A stretch of DNA of 44,669 nt from contig JALAGF010005860.1 in the NCBI GenBank assembly GCA_030167865.1, positions 1 to 44,669 on the forward strand, read 5' to 3'. Source of the DNA: Craspedostauros australis. Taxonomy: Eukaryota. Both the position numbers and the translations under genes were made by a program. The notes under the pieces are model-generated. The model did no database searches. It had not been told where the DNA came from and was given only the letters and a program-made list of their open reading frames with translations. This document shows, piece after piece, positions 21,173 through 33,527 of the stretch. Position 1 is the stretch's first letter. The number at the start of each line of letters is the position of its first letter.

Positions 21173-22383
21173 GGCAGTCTGGGCTCCGCTTCGGCTCTAC
21201 TTCGTGAAGAGACATTGGTTCGTCTCACCGCGCTCGTGGCGACGAGACGGATCAAACACGCCTTGGATGGGCCCGCGGAAGAATGCTCCTCTTTGGTTGC
21301 ATCATCGTAGCAGCAGCAACAGCAGCAGCAGCGCTCAGAATGCAACCGACCTCCTTGTACCAGCATGTACTGGTACCAACCAACCAATTCAATCAATGTC
21401 ATATATAATAATTGGGATCATGAGCATCGCTTCTCATGGCCCGATCAAGTCTGCAGCTTCGTGTGTTTAAGCACTGCCTCGCGACGATCCATAAAGAATG
21501 GGCCCGTATCAGCGCGGATGAAATAACTGCGGCGCATCGCGTCTCGCCGGGCCAAAGCACAGTCTTGCGAGGCGACGCAGGACGCGGTGCTTGCCCATGT
21601 CGCATAACAGCCATCATCCTTGTCATAACATACAGCCTACACAATACGAGTAAGCCCAAACGCTATAGAGAAAGCAGAAGTTTGCGTGCTTATCTGTACC
21701 GAACATTGTTAGGTATGCTGCTGCTGTCATCATCATTCCACCCATTTCACATCGGCCGATGGCGGCCCTCGTCTCCACGCTTCGGCGGGATCCTCTTCTT
21801 GCTCGCACCGGAATGCCGCACTTGCGCCGAACCAGAGGCTGTTATCGGGCGGACCAAGTGAAAATGATGTCTGTTGGTGGCAGCTCTCCCAACGAGTTAT
21901 GCATGCCTTCATCTCGGTCTGCCTTCGAGCACGTGCCGCCTTTGTTGCGCGAGTAGTCGTAATCGTGGACGATTAAGTGAAGTCCCAAGCTTTCCTCGCA
22001 GCACGCACCCTTGGGGCATGCTGAGCCGAGCTGAGGCGGCAAGCTGCAAGGCAATCATGTCGCCCCATGGGTTGGTTCCGCAGGAACGGTATCCCATGTC
22101 GGTGATGTGAGTGGTAGTGGCAGTGGTAGTGGACAGCATCATCGTCACTTGAGCAACAGGACAGCATTGACACCTGGTCCCATTGTCGGTATCACTATCT
22201 GTTGGTGAGCATTTGCCGTTGTGTTCATCTGTTCGCCAACGTAATGACACTTCTCCCCCCACACGTGCACAAACTGCTCTACTCCGACGAGGACCCTGGA
22301 CTGGGAATGACTGATGAGAACGACCGATGTGGTCAATGCCACCAATTCTTCCGAACAGCGGATGGTGGGGATCGTCTGCCGAC

Positions 22384-22407
22384 TTCTCTCTCTCTCTCTC
22401 TCTCTCT
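22384..22407. repeat. (CT)n microsatellite
   Basis: About 11 consecutive CT/TC units. Confidence 0.85.
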
Positions 22408-23623
22408 TGTGGAGGGCATCATCAGCTTTCCATGCCCAAGAGCTTGGCATCTGTGGCTCGTAAGCACAATGTTCCTGCTGCCATTACGAGTAGCTCGTAG
22501 CGATGGCAAATGGGGCTCAACGATGTTCTAGTGGATGATGCCAGTTGCAACGACAGTCACTTGCCCGGTACGAGGATGTCCCAATAGCCATTTTACCCAA
22601 GGGTATCCAGCCAACATCTATGGCACCGGACCTTGCCCATGTTCGCATTTGGCCACGCAAACAGCCTTGGGTCATCATACCATGCTGCTTCGGAGTGCGT
22701 AGTCGTGTGAGAGCGTCGCAAAGTAGAGTTTTAACTTGTTATCCAAATGGTCAGGACTTTCGTGGGCAATGATGCGCATGCGAGAACAATCGCGCAGGTT
22801 GGGACGTCTCCGCGTGCACGAATCGAGATGATGGCGGCGCCAGCCCAGCGGCTCATCTCGGAGCGCTTCCTCGTGCAAGGTGTTGGCGGTGCCGCTGCCA
22901 TTCCAAAAATGTTCTAGATGATCTCTATTTCGCCTCGCGAGAACAGCACCCTCCGATAGAAGCACCCCAACCCCTGTGGCGGCACGTGCCACGACTTTTC
23001 TGGAGAGATCTCTCCCCTCACGGCGATATAGCCGTGGGCGAAGGAACCAAATGCTGGCCCTTCTCTGGATTGATGCGCACTCAGCACCCGCTCTATGGTG
23101 TCCCTGTCCAGAGAGCCAGCCATCGGTGCCGAGTATTCATATCGCGCTGCCTTGGATGTGTTATCATCGTCAGCTAATGTCATTTTTATTTGCAGTTGTG
23201 GACGACATCATCACCGATTGCAATGCTTCTGGCGGATTGCATAGAACGGGCTGCTTCTCACGAGAAACATCAGTATGCACATGCTCCCGCATGGATGCTC
23301 GTACTCTGTGAAGATCGAAGTGTGCGTGTGTGCATCTGACGTGATCTCCTCGTGTCGCTTAGGCACATTTCGCCGCGTCGCGCCACACCAGCAACGCATC
23401 ACGAATTGATCATTTCGTCCAGAGACCGTCTCGGCGAAAAGCTGGCGAGGGCAGAGCATGCCACACCTTCATTGCGCTGTATTGCATAATATAATGCCCA
23501 CCATGCCTGCCGCACTTTGCTTGGTGACACCGTTGGTGAGACAAATACACCCAGCGCATCCACCGAACGCCGAAGAGCGGGATAACGGCGGCGGCGCCAA
23601 TGGCGGCGAAGGTGGTGAAATGG

Positions 23624-24658
23624 TCACCGACGCCGACAAGGCAACCGCCGGATCATTTCCTCGACTATCTCTGCCTGATTGTCGTCGTCCGCGAGATGCA
23701 GCTGTATCTGTTCATCAACACGAAAGGCATGGAAATCAATCTTCTGCGAATTCAGCAACAGTTTGACGACATTCCAACGCTTGTTGTCGTACGCAGCTCG
23801 CAACGGCGTCTCTCCCAGCAGGTTCTTTCGGTTGACATCGATCGTGTCGCACGCCAGAAGGCAGTCCACAATCTCATACTTCCCGCCTCGGCACAGGCCT
23901 ATCAGCGGCGTGTCACCGGCATACGGACACTGGCAGTTGACGTCGACATCGTCTCTTGATACGAGGTACCGTATGACCGGCAGACGCTGCATGCGGCAGG
24001 CCTCATCGAACGGCGTGCAACCGTCCTCGTCACGTGCGTTGATGTCCACGCAGTGATGCTGGAGGATGTATTTGAGGATGTCCAGATGCCCAAACAGGCA
24101 GGCCGTGTGCAACGGGCTCAGCCGCCCAGGACGAAATACGCTTTCTGTATCCACCAATCCGGTTTGCAGCAGATACGTGACGGCCCCCCAATGTCCCAAG
24201 TCGCTCGCGTTATCCAACGGCATGGCGCCATTCTCGTCGGGGATATTGACTTGCAAATCGCTGTTCGCGACGAACATCTTCACCATCTCAATGTGATTGT
24301 TCAGGCAGGCCCAGTGCAACGGCGTCGTCCCATCATCGGCCTGAGCGTTGAGGTCGGCATCGCAGGACGTGATGAGGTATGCGGCCACATCCAGCGTCCC
24401 GACTTGGCATGCTCGATGCAGCAGACTCAGGCCGCTGCCATCTCGAACATCGGTGCAGCGCTGCGTCTTGCGTGTCGCAGCGAGCGCCTCCTTTGGGGTC
24501 GATGAGTGTTGCTGTCGATCTGGTTGTTCATCCTGTTGTTCATCTTGCTGTTGCTGCTGTTGCTGCTGCTGCTGCTCCACCCATTGCCTGATGATCGGTA
24601 TGCATCCATCGACAACCGCCGCGAAGACTTCCTTCTGAGATATGCGATGCAAGGACAT
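23624..24658 (-). CDS. Ankyrin-repeat protein with N-terminal polyQ (344 aa)
   Basis: About 6 ankyrin motifs (GLSLLHRAC, GTTPLHWAC, GAMPLDNAS, LSPLHTAC, GCTPFDEAC, GDTPLIGLC, GETPLRAA); CAG/CAA polyQ tract near 24545-24577. Confidence 0.92.
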   Translation of the reverse strand: MSLHRISQKEVFAAVVDGCIPIIRQWVEQQQQQQQQQQDEQQDEQPDRQQHSSTPKEALAATRKTQRCTDVRDGSGLSLLHRACQVGTLDVAAYLITSCDADLNAQADDGTTPLHWACLNNHIEMVKMFVANSDLQVNIPDENGAMPLDNASDLGHWGAVTYLLQTGLVDTESVFRPGRLSPLHTACLFGHLDILKYILQHHCVDINARDEDGCTPFDEACRMQRLPVIRYLVSRDDVDVNCQCPYAGDTPLIGLCRGGKYEIVDCLLACDTIDVNRKNLLGETPLRAAYDNKRWNVVKLLLNSQKIDFHAFRVDEQIQLHLADDDNQAEIVEEMIRRLPCRRR

Positions 24659-25655
24659 GCGCGCATGTGATGTGGATCCTCGGTCAGGAAAGGAAAGGAA
24701 TGGTAGGAATGGAGAGAGGGAAAGGAGGAAGATGGAGACGACGGAGGTATAATACGTATGTATGGTATAGAGTATACAGGTAAACGAATGGGAGATGGTG
24801 GCAGGGCCAATGGAAGGCGGAGCAGGTATGGTATCTTCGCCCCGGTTGCCCCTCTTGTGTGTTGTGTCGTTCCGGGTACGATTCGTGCGATCCTTGTCAT
24901 CGCGAACACATGACTGACTGCCGTGTTGTGTGTCGAGAGGGGCGTCAGAAGTCTACGCTATTATAGATAGATGTAGACATGAATACCACTCAAATTCTGC
25001 ACGCGCCATGCCGTACCAATTTGTCGCAGCGTTGTGCTCCAGCTAACCGTAATTGTGATGATGGTGCCACAACTGGAACTGAACCAGCAACGACGATGGC
25101 AACGATGCCCCAATACTCTCCAAGCTGTTGTTGCACACAGTCATGCACACATGCATGTCGGCACGCAAGCAAACTGCACCAACGACAACTTCATCCATTC
25201 CTTCGTCTTGTAGTCGTGCCAACGCGAGTGAGAGGTGGATGGAAACGATGGCCTTCTGGTTGCGTCGCGCAAGCACAAGCTGTTTCAGGCTCGACCACAG
25301 CAACACCTCTCGACTTTGCGCGGTGATACCGGGTCAGCACGAGTAGGTCGTATGTGGGCATGCCAGCACACAACCCTGTCTATTGGTATGTGTCGCAAGT
25401 GTTGGTGCAATGTGTAGAGAACTCGTGCAATAGGAAGCAATCTCGACGGAATAGTGTACTGGGGTACGAGCAGAGTACGTCCCTTACATAGTATTCTATT
25501 ATACAAAATAATACTATCTTCAACTCAAAATTTAACATCCTACTCGCATATGTACCATACACAACACCAATGTGCTGCTATGTCATGACTTCGCTGGAAC
25601 GAATACTCTTGTTGTCGTAGTGTACAGGACTTTCCGTCACGTATCTGCACCGCGG

Positions 25656-26864
25656 TTATGCTGCAGGCGCGAGAGATGGCAACAAGTCGCTTGCGGTCGT
25701 CAATTCGATGCTTCCGTCGGTATCGGTGGTGGGGCGGATACCGATACATTCCAAGATGGCAGAGGCGCTGCCGTGGAAGAAATCGGATTGCATCAGCTGG
25801 CTATTGCTGCGCACGGTGCCTGTACCGGTGCGGTGATGAATGCCACCATCGTCTTCGTCTGTGGGATCATCAATGGTGTGGATCATTTCGCTTCCGGTTT
25901 GGGTAGCAGCTGATGCTGCTGACTGCGGCGACCGTGACGATGAAGCGCTGGTTGCATCGCTTGAACCGAAGCTGTCGGCGGTCTCAGTGGTGGCGTCGGC
26001 AGCTGCCGTCCATGATGACAGCAGGAAGTAGACGCGATGGCAGCAAAGGTAGGCGTCGCGAATGTCATCCAAGCAGAACGAAACATGCGCCAGATTATTC
26101 CAGATCCCGAGCATGCGGGCTGGGTCGGATTGCCATTCTTTGCTACCGGATGCAGCAAAGAGCTGCTGCGAGCGCTTGTACAGGGTCTTGGCACGCTGCA
26201 GCAAGGGGGTGCGCTGATCCCTGGGGCATTGGCTGCACATGGCACGGTCATGGAACATGAGCCCGATGTTGTAGACCAGGATGCTGGAAAGGGAGTGCAA
26301 GTTGGTCTGCATCTGCTTGCAGATGAGCTCCTGGTTGCAGGAAGAATCATCGTGGCTGATGGACGCAAAGGGTGTCGTGAGAACGACCCTGCGTGCTTGG
26401 CGGTAGGAAAAGATGGAGGCCGGTGCGATGGCGTCGTCGAGAGTGATGAGCGGAGTCTCGATGCCGAAGACCTCGACGTCCACCGGCTGATCAGCATCGT
26501 TGGGAGAGCTCGATCTGCGAATGAGCTTGCGGAGGGTCTGGAGGATGGTGGAGAAGATCTCGTTGGCCGCGGAGTACTCGCCTTGCAGCATTACATCGAC
26601 GCCCTGGTTGATGCTCTCGGTGATGAAGATGAGTTGCCTCTGGTAGACCCTGATGCGTATCTGCGTCTGGTTGGTTTGCGGCCGACAGGTCGTGGATGCG
26701 GTTGGGTAGGGTGCCGAGCGGAATCCCTGAGATGGCGACGGCGTTTCCGATGAAACACGGTCGTAATCGCAATCGCAATCGCAGTCCATCACGGGTGACT
26801 TTTGATCGGGTACCTCCGTTGAGGTTTGATGATGCATTGGGGTTGTTTCTGTGATGTAGACCAT
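25656..26864 (-). CDS. Helical/TPR-like protein of a diatom-type family ending in APAA (402 aa)
   Basis: Long single-exon ORF with coding-like codon use; TPR-like helices (INQGVDVMLQGEYSAANEIF, ILVYNIGLMFH, RAKTLYKRS, IWNNLAHVSFCL); C-terminus LAPAA*. The family assignment is from recall. Confidence 0.75.
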   Translation of the reverse strand: MVYITETTPMHHQTSTEVPDQKSPVMDCDCDCDYDRVSSETPSPSQGFRSAPYPTASTTCRPQTNQTQIRIRVYQRQLIFITESINQGVDVMLQGEYSAANEIFSTILQTLRKLIRRSSSPNDADQPVDVEVFGIETPLITLDDAIAPASIFSYRQARRVVLTTPFASISHDDSSCNQELICKQMQTNLHSLSSILVYNIGLMFHDRAMCSQCPRDQRTPLLQRAKTLYKRSQQLFAASGSKEWQSDPARMLGIWNNLAHVSFCLDDIRDAYLCCHRVYFLLSSWTAAADATTETADSFGSSDATSASSSRSPQSAASAATQTGSEMIHTIDDPTDEDDGGIHHRTGTGTVRSNSQLMQSDFFHGSASAILECIGIRPTTDTDGSIELTTASDLLPSLAPAA

Positions 26865-28747
26865 GGTTGTTGATTGTCTGGAAAGATGAATCGACGGAGA
26901 GTGATAGAGTGTTGACGGTTAGCTTTTTGTGTGTTGTCGTTTTATGGTGATTTGGTTTTATGAGGATGAAAGAAGACAGGATCATCTGCGAAACATGACA
27001 TGCAGCACACGACAATCAAGCACGTCATTGGGATCACGGAACTTGTACACAAGAACAGCGCACTCGTCCTCGTGTACACTCTGCACAAACAAGTGCGGAC
27101 CAGGGTACACGCATCATCCACATCTTCGGGTACAAGGACAAGAAGCAAAGAGGAGAACAGCCAGAACTGCGATGGCCAGGTTGGGTAAATAGTGACGATG
27201 TGTGGGTACCGGTTCTGGGCACGATTACGTAGTCGTAGCACGCATGGGCGCGAGTTGCTCCACCGGCACTCTCCTCTCCTCCGCTTCACACCTCATCTTG
27301 TTCCGATCGAATCAATTACGTATGGCATGGTACACTTTCTGCATTGTGCGGTGTCCTTTCCGCGTTGTGGAATCGGCAGAACTTCGGGCAGGTGGAGAAT
27401 TACGCATGTGATCATCCAAGTTGGATGCTCTCCGCTTGAGCGCAAAGGTACGAGCACCAAGAGGGCAGGTTTTGGGAGATGAAGCGTTGCGCTTGGTGCC
27501 GCCCCTCGTGGAGCAAACGACAACAGTCCCTACCGTGGTTGGGCAAAGCGAATCAACCGCCACGCTTTGTTCGGAACGTTTGCGCTTGTGATCTTACGGG
27601 CGTCGCGAAACGCGACTGTTTATGACCCTGTTCCGCATTGGGAATTCCGTGATCGTAACTTCCCTTGATAGCGTGTACCAGACCAACGCGATAGCCGCAA
27701 TGTGCAAACACCACTCATCTGTTCCGATGCGACACCTTCGACGATTAAATTTTGGCTTCACCACTGACCGTCATCGTCTCGTGGAAGTACGCGTGTGTCA
27801 CTTGTGGCCATTTTGGCTCGCAGACAGAGAAATTGTGAGAGTTGGGCTTTGCTTTTCAGGATTACGTCCGGTTCGCCAAATCTTGAATTAGTCGGATAGC
27901 ACGAAGCATCGCCAACGAAGGCATAATCTGTGAACGCGGGATGAGGTTGCGCTAAGTGTCCTCTGACATTCTGTGCCGAATGCCAAAGGGCGCAATAGGC
28001 TCGCGAGAACGCGAGTAAGACCAGCCTGGGCAACAATGATGCAAGTTTGTCAGTATTTGGTAAAAAAACAAAAAGCGGATACCAGCGCGAAAAGTACGGA
28101 TTGATTTGCCTTGTTTACGTGTTTGAATTGCGGAGAGCTAATGATTCATGCGATGCGTCCAAGACTGTCGCAACGACATGTAGTTTGTCCAATCAGAAGT
28201 GAGGACTATTGCATCGCGGAATTGTGTCCGAGTGGTCGGTTTGGCACGAAGACAAATGCCCCGAAGTTCGCGCACCAGCGTGTTTCTGTTGGCTTCAAAG
28301 GAACAGCACGCCAAAGTCACAATGGCCGCAATGGGCGCGATGGCGCAAAGCGTGAAGGGCTGGATCTGAAAAAGAGAGGAAGGCCACGGACATCGCGAAG
28401 TCACCAAGAAAGAGAGCAATGCAGCGCAACTGAGGACTGTTCCTCGCGCGCACAGTGGAGGCAAAAACAAGTTCTCTTCCGCCCTCCATCCATCCATCCA
28501 TCATCACCATCATCGGACTTTGTCAACTCATCTCTGTGGATTGCGACCGCACTTGTGTTGATCACCATCCATCCATCCGTTCATCAGTCAATCGATCGAT
28601 CAATCGATCAAGTTGAATGCCTGTTGGCCCTTGCGAGTGAAGCCGCCATTTGCCGCCGACACCACCACCACCACCACCAACAACAACAACCGACCAAGAA
28701 GAACAACAACCGACCAAGAAGAACCTGCCACCACCACGTAACTGACC

Positions 28748-30164
28748 ATGCTGCCGCTCGACTTGGATGTGTGCCAGAAGGCAAGCCGGTACGCCACGCG
28801 CGTGTGCCAGGAGATGACGAAGCGCTCGTCGCTGATCAAGGACCTGCGCGATGACTGCATACCGTACTTCGAACGCGAGGAGATCATGCCGTACCTGGGC
28901 GACCGGCTGGGCAAGGGCGGCTTCAACTCCGTCTACGAGCTGGACAAGATCGAGCTGGACTCCAGCGCGGTGGCCAACAACCCAAACAACCCAAACACCA
29001 GCCCGGAGCAGGAGGAGATGAGGCAGCAGGTGGCCAGCCGCACCATGAGCTCGTCCTACGCCGTCAAGTTCCTCAACGAGACCGCCATGGGCAACGCCAA
29101 CGAGTTCTGCAACGGCGCCGCCGATCTCCTCCTCGAGGCCAAGTACCTCAGCGCCTTGGCCAGCCATCCGCATGCCTCCATCATCACGCTGCACGGCGTC
29201 GCTGCTGCGGGGGCCGCCGGCTTCGCCACGGGCCAGATGGGAGGCTACTTCCTCGTCATCGACCGCCTCTACGACACCCTCGACAAGCGCATCGATGTCT
29301 GGAAGGAGCTCAAGCGACGCAAGCTCCGCAATGCCGGGTCGGGCCACAACATCAAGCTCCTGCAGGCGCTCTTCCTGCAGAGAGTGCAGGTCGCCATGGA
29401 CATCGCCTCTGCCATCCGCCACCTGCATCGATTGCAGATCGTCTTTCGAGATTTGAAGCCTGACAATGGTGAGTATATCATACATGTACACCATACATGT
29501 ACGAGTATGCCCCGATCGACGTCCGCTTGTGTCAATACTTCATCCGACCATCTGCCAAGTCCATCCTGCAGTACTCCTCACACATTTGTTCGCACTTGGG
29601 CTCACCAATCCCATTCATACTCTACATATAACACCCCTCGCGCCTCATCTCCCATTATCAATCCAATGTTGCGCACTGCATTGCGCAGTCGGTTTCGACT
29701 TCGATGGACAAGTCAAGCTGTTCGATTTCGGTCTGGCCAAGGAACTCGACCCTCTGCAGCGCACATCGGACGGCATGTACGAAATGTCCGGCGGAACGGG
29801 ATCGCGTCGTTTCATGGCGCCCGAAGTCGCGCTCGGTGAGCCCTACAACCTCAGCGCGGACATCTACTCCTTCGCCATCCTCCTATGGGAGCTCGTCGCG
29901 CTCGAGAAGGCATTCGGCAAGCTGTCGCAGGAGGAGCACAAGCACCGCGTCATCCAGAACAACGACCGCCCGCCGCTCAAGAAGGAATGGACCAAGGAGA
30001 TCTGCAACCTCCTGCAGCTCTGCTGGCATCGTGACCCCACCGCCCGCGTCAGCGCCAAGGACCTCTACAAGAACCTCAAGGACCAGGTCAACGAGTACTA
30101 CGAGAAGGGATTCTACGCGTCCGCCACCGTCGATGATCTCACCGAGAAGCGATTGTGCATCTAA
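28748..30164 (+). CDS. Protein kinase (TKL-like, diatom-type), 2 exons, about 398 aa
   Basis: Exons 28748-29468 and 29689-30164 (GTGAGT...CAG intron); motifs LGKGGFNSV, YAVKFL, FRDLKPDNVGF, KLFDFGLAKE, GSRRFMAPE, ADIYSFAILLWE. Confidence 0.93.
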
Positions 30165-31409
30165 TGCGGATGTCACTATTGGCGTGATGCAGCTGGAGTC
30201 CACTGTGTCTCAACCGAGTGTCTCCATCTGCGATGTTGTCATGACTACACCTGAATGCGCAACGTGATGGGTAGGCAAGGCGATGAGGTTGTGAATGTCA
30301 ATTTGAATGTCAGCTTATTCCCGTCTTCGATGCGTTGCCATCAGTGGTCTCGATTCAAGTGCGCATCGGAGGCATACAGATACATTCGGTCACTCTGCGC
30401 GTGAGCAGTCACACCATGCAGTCACAATGAAGAAAGATAATGGAAAATATGTGGAAGGACAGTCGCTGCCGGCATGATCGCAGAGATCATCGGAATGTGT
30501 GATGCGAGTTCTGCACGGGTGGAGCATGCTATTTGGAGAGTTGTACCGATGTGCCATGCTCCGAAAAGCCTGGACAGTGTTGATGGTAATGATAGCAAGG
30601 ACAGATCTGGTCATTGGATCATTGGATCATGCCGCCCCACTCACCCGAGAGATTCATGAATGACACGAACAACGGAAAGTGCGATCGGAGGGAAAGTGGA
30701 ATGACAAGCGCAAGTGGCACGCCTCGTTCCATACTGACTACTCGTACCCCACACATCTTGTTGCGAGTTCGTTGTCGCACAAGGATGGCACTGCTGGTGG
30801 ACAAAGCACACGCTGCGGATGGATACAGCCGGCGCTGCAAGAGCAGCCGTGATTGCAGAATTCGAGCAGTCTAATCAATGTCTACAACTACTAACATCAT
30901 TTGTACAATAACTATAATACCATACTATTACTCTAATTGAGAAGATGAATCCATCGAATGCCGCTTCACGCTGTTTCTTATTGTGTGCTTATTCAGTCTT
31001 GGTATGCATGTCCAAGAATGCCAAACCAACAGCAGTTGTGAACAGTCGCCCTCGTGGATGCAAGTACATGCATGCCCTCGAACCTCTTCGGAACACTCTA
31101 CCAGACAAGAAGAGAAAGGAGAAGATTCGGCGCCACGTTTCGAATCTGAGGAGCTGACGTTTCGCCACATTTATCCGAGAACACGAAGCAACGCACGAGG
31201 GCGCGTCACTGCCAAAAAATGATTCCACCCACGCACTCATCTTTTGCGACAGCCGATGTTGTTTGATGGTGTGTTTGACGGTGTTCCATCCACAACCAAC
31301 GCACCAACGACATTGGCACTCTCACTCTCACTCTCACAACCGCAATCACTCGACTGCCCACAATCCAATTCCATTCGATTCCATTCAATTGAATAGTGCA
31401 AGGTGAACG

Positions 31410-32543
31410 ATGTATTCCTACGGTGTAAGTTCCATGTTCAGAGGCTCAATGAACAGATCACGGCAGTACCCAGCGGTCGCTGCCTTCCTCTTTTCCATCA
31501 TGAATCTTCATCCTTCCACAACTGTTGCTTTCTCAGCCACCACAAACGCCAATCTCAATGCTAATGCAAACGCCAACGTCAATTCCGCATCGCAGCAAGG
31601 TGCCCAATGGTCCAAGGCGGACGTGCTTCACGCGGAAGAAGTCTACCGCAAGGAGAAGATCCGCCTTCTCGAGGAGATCGAGGAGGCTGGCGGACAGAAG
31701 GAGCGCGCCGTCCACATCCATGCCGAGTTCCTGGACCCCAGCGATCCATCCAACGAGGCCTGGTTGATTGCTGATGATGGCGATGCCACCGACAGCGACA
31801 CCACCACGGTCACCAAGATCGTCCACTTCCAGCGCCACGGACAGGGCTACCACAACCTCCTCGGAGAGCTCATGAAGGACCTCGGCATCAAGCCGCAGAT
31901 CGCCAGCAACGATCCCACCGAGAATCCGTGGATCCGTCCGGAGATCGTGGATTCGCCATTGACCGCCTTGGGCGTGGAGCAATGCTCCCAGCAACGCGCG
32001 CTTGGATCCAAACTCAACCCGCAGCTCGTCGTCGTCTCGCCCATGCTGCGTGCCATCCAAACGGCCAAGCTCAGCTTTGCCGATCACTGGACGTTCGATG
32101 CCGGCACCGACGAAAAGAAATCCGATCCCATCCCGTGGATCGCCCACGAAGGCTGCCGCGAGGAGCTGGGACATCTCGTGTGCAATCGCAGGCGCGTGCG
32201 CAGCGAGATCGCAAAGGATGATCCCGAGATCGATCTCAGCCTGCTGACCACGGAGGAGGACGAGGTGTGGATGGCACCCGGCAACCGCCGTGAAGGCAGC
32301 CTCTCCATGGTGGACCGCGCGTACGACTTCCTGGCCGAATTCCTCGTCCAGCGTCCTGAGCGCGAGATCGCCGTCGTGGGACATTCCGCGTGGTTGTTCC
32401 ACATGTGCAACGGCGTCGTGGATTGCAGGAAACGCAATGCGGACGGCACCATCGGGGAGGAGGAAGATGGCGAGCTCGCCAAGTGGTTCCTCACATCCGA
32501 GATCCGATCCATGAAGATGACCTTCACTCTTCCAAAGAATTGA
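31410..32543 (+). CDS. Histidine phosphatase / phosphoglycerate mutase-like protein, possibly plastid-targeted
   Basis: RHG motif (HFQRHGQGYHN), DSPLTALG, VVSPMLRAIQTA, IAVVGHS; N-terminal hydrophobic stretch followed by TVAF. The start codon is uncertain. Confidence 0.88.
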   Translation: MYSYGVSSMFRGSMNRSRQYPAVAAFLFSIMNLHPSTTVAFSATTNANLNANANANVNSASQQGAQWSKADVLHAEEVYRKEKIRLLEEIEEAGGQKERAVHIHAEFLDPSDPSNEAWLIADDGDATDSDTTTVTKIVHFQRHGQGYHNLLGELMKDLGIKPQIASNDPTENPWIRPEIVDSPLTALGVEQCSQQRALGSKLNPQLVVVSPMLRAIQTAKLSFADHWTFDAGTDEKKSDPIPWIAHEGCREELGHLVCNRRRVRSEIAKDDPEIDLSLLTTEEDEVWMAPGNRREGSLSMVDRAYDFLAEFLVQRPEREIAVVGHSAWLFHMCNGVVDCRKRNADGTIGEEEDGELAKWFLTSEIRSMKMTFTLPKN

Positions 32544-32897
32544 TCAACTCTACGTACCATAGTAGAAAACATTTGATGGGTTTATGTGTTGGCATCGTTT
32601 GGATAGAGACCCCTGCATGTTCTGAGAGGATGCGCTTGATTTATCGGAGTACGAGCAGTGTGCTGTCGTATGCACAAGTACAAGCACGAGGCGTTCCAAC
32701 GATAGGAAAGATACCATTTCTCCCGGACGTTCTCGAATGTTCGCGAACTGCCAAACGGATCCTGCGATGACCGAATACGAACACCACCAGCAGCGCAACA
32801 ACAACAAAGATGCATCGAAGATGATGGATGTCCTGCTCGCGAATTGACACAAACGAAGATGCATGAAAGGCAGTTGACAGCGCAACCATCACCATCG

Positions 32898-33527
32898 ATG
32901 GCCACTTCTGCTCTATTGATCTTGCTGCTGCAACTCGTCGCATCCGTCCCCAGCTCTGCAGCATTTCACATCGCAAAGCACAGGCAAGACCACGCAGAAC
33001 CGCATCTGGATCTTCCTCAGCGTCACATCGGCATCCAACGACGCCAACCGAACTTGTCCATCAGAATGGCATCAACACAGTCGGGGGCAGACGACGAAAG
33101 CACGATGCTGTCGCCCGTCGGCCAGATGTATGGCGGCCTGATCTTCCTCAAGACCCGAGATCGTCCCAGACTCGTCGACTTTTACACTGGCACGTTGCGA
33201 TGCAAGGTATGGCTTGAGCAGCCCAACATCACCATTGTGTCGCACGGGAATCTGCTGCTAAGATTGCACCACCAGCCATCGGCCGATCCAGATCTGCATG
33301 GCATGTTCACCTTCGTCTACCCGTCAGAGCACATGGTGGATGAGATCTACGAACAGCTGAAGGAGCTGGCGGATGACGCACCGCGGATCAATGAGACGTA
33401 CCGAATATATCAGTTCTTCGCAACCGATCCGGATGGACGCAAGCTGGAGTTCCAGGCATTCTTGCATCCGCTCAGCGTAGTGTCGTCGGATCCCAATCAT
33501 CCAGCAAACAGCTGTGACAAGGAATGA
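32898..33527 (+). CDS. VOC / glyoxalase-bleomycin-resistance fold protein with a bipartite targeting sequence
   Basis: Signal peptide MATSALLILLLQLVASVPSSA followed by AF, a transit-like linker, then a VOC domain: GLIFLKTRD...VDFYTGTL...VDEIYEQL...YRIYQFFATDPDGRKLEFQ. Confidence 0.85.
   Translation: MATSALLILLLQLVASVPSSAAFHIAKHRQDHAEPHLDLPQRHIGIQRRQPNLSIRMASTQSGADDESTMLSPVGQMYGGLIFLKTRDRPRLVDFYTGTLRCKVWLEQPNITIVSHGNLLLRLHHQPSADPDLHGMFTFVYPSEHMVDEIYEQLKELADDAPRINETYRIYQFFATDPDGRKLEFQAFLHPLSVVSSDPNHPANSCDKE

Noticed and set aside
22675..23311. Cluster of short ORFs that might be a pseudogene
   Set aside because: No recognisable family motif or consistent codon bias.
27602..27616. GTCGCG-AAA-CGCGAC hairpin and nearby E2F-like GCGCGAAA words
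   Set aside because: Too short to distinguish from chance in GC-rich intergenic DNA.
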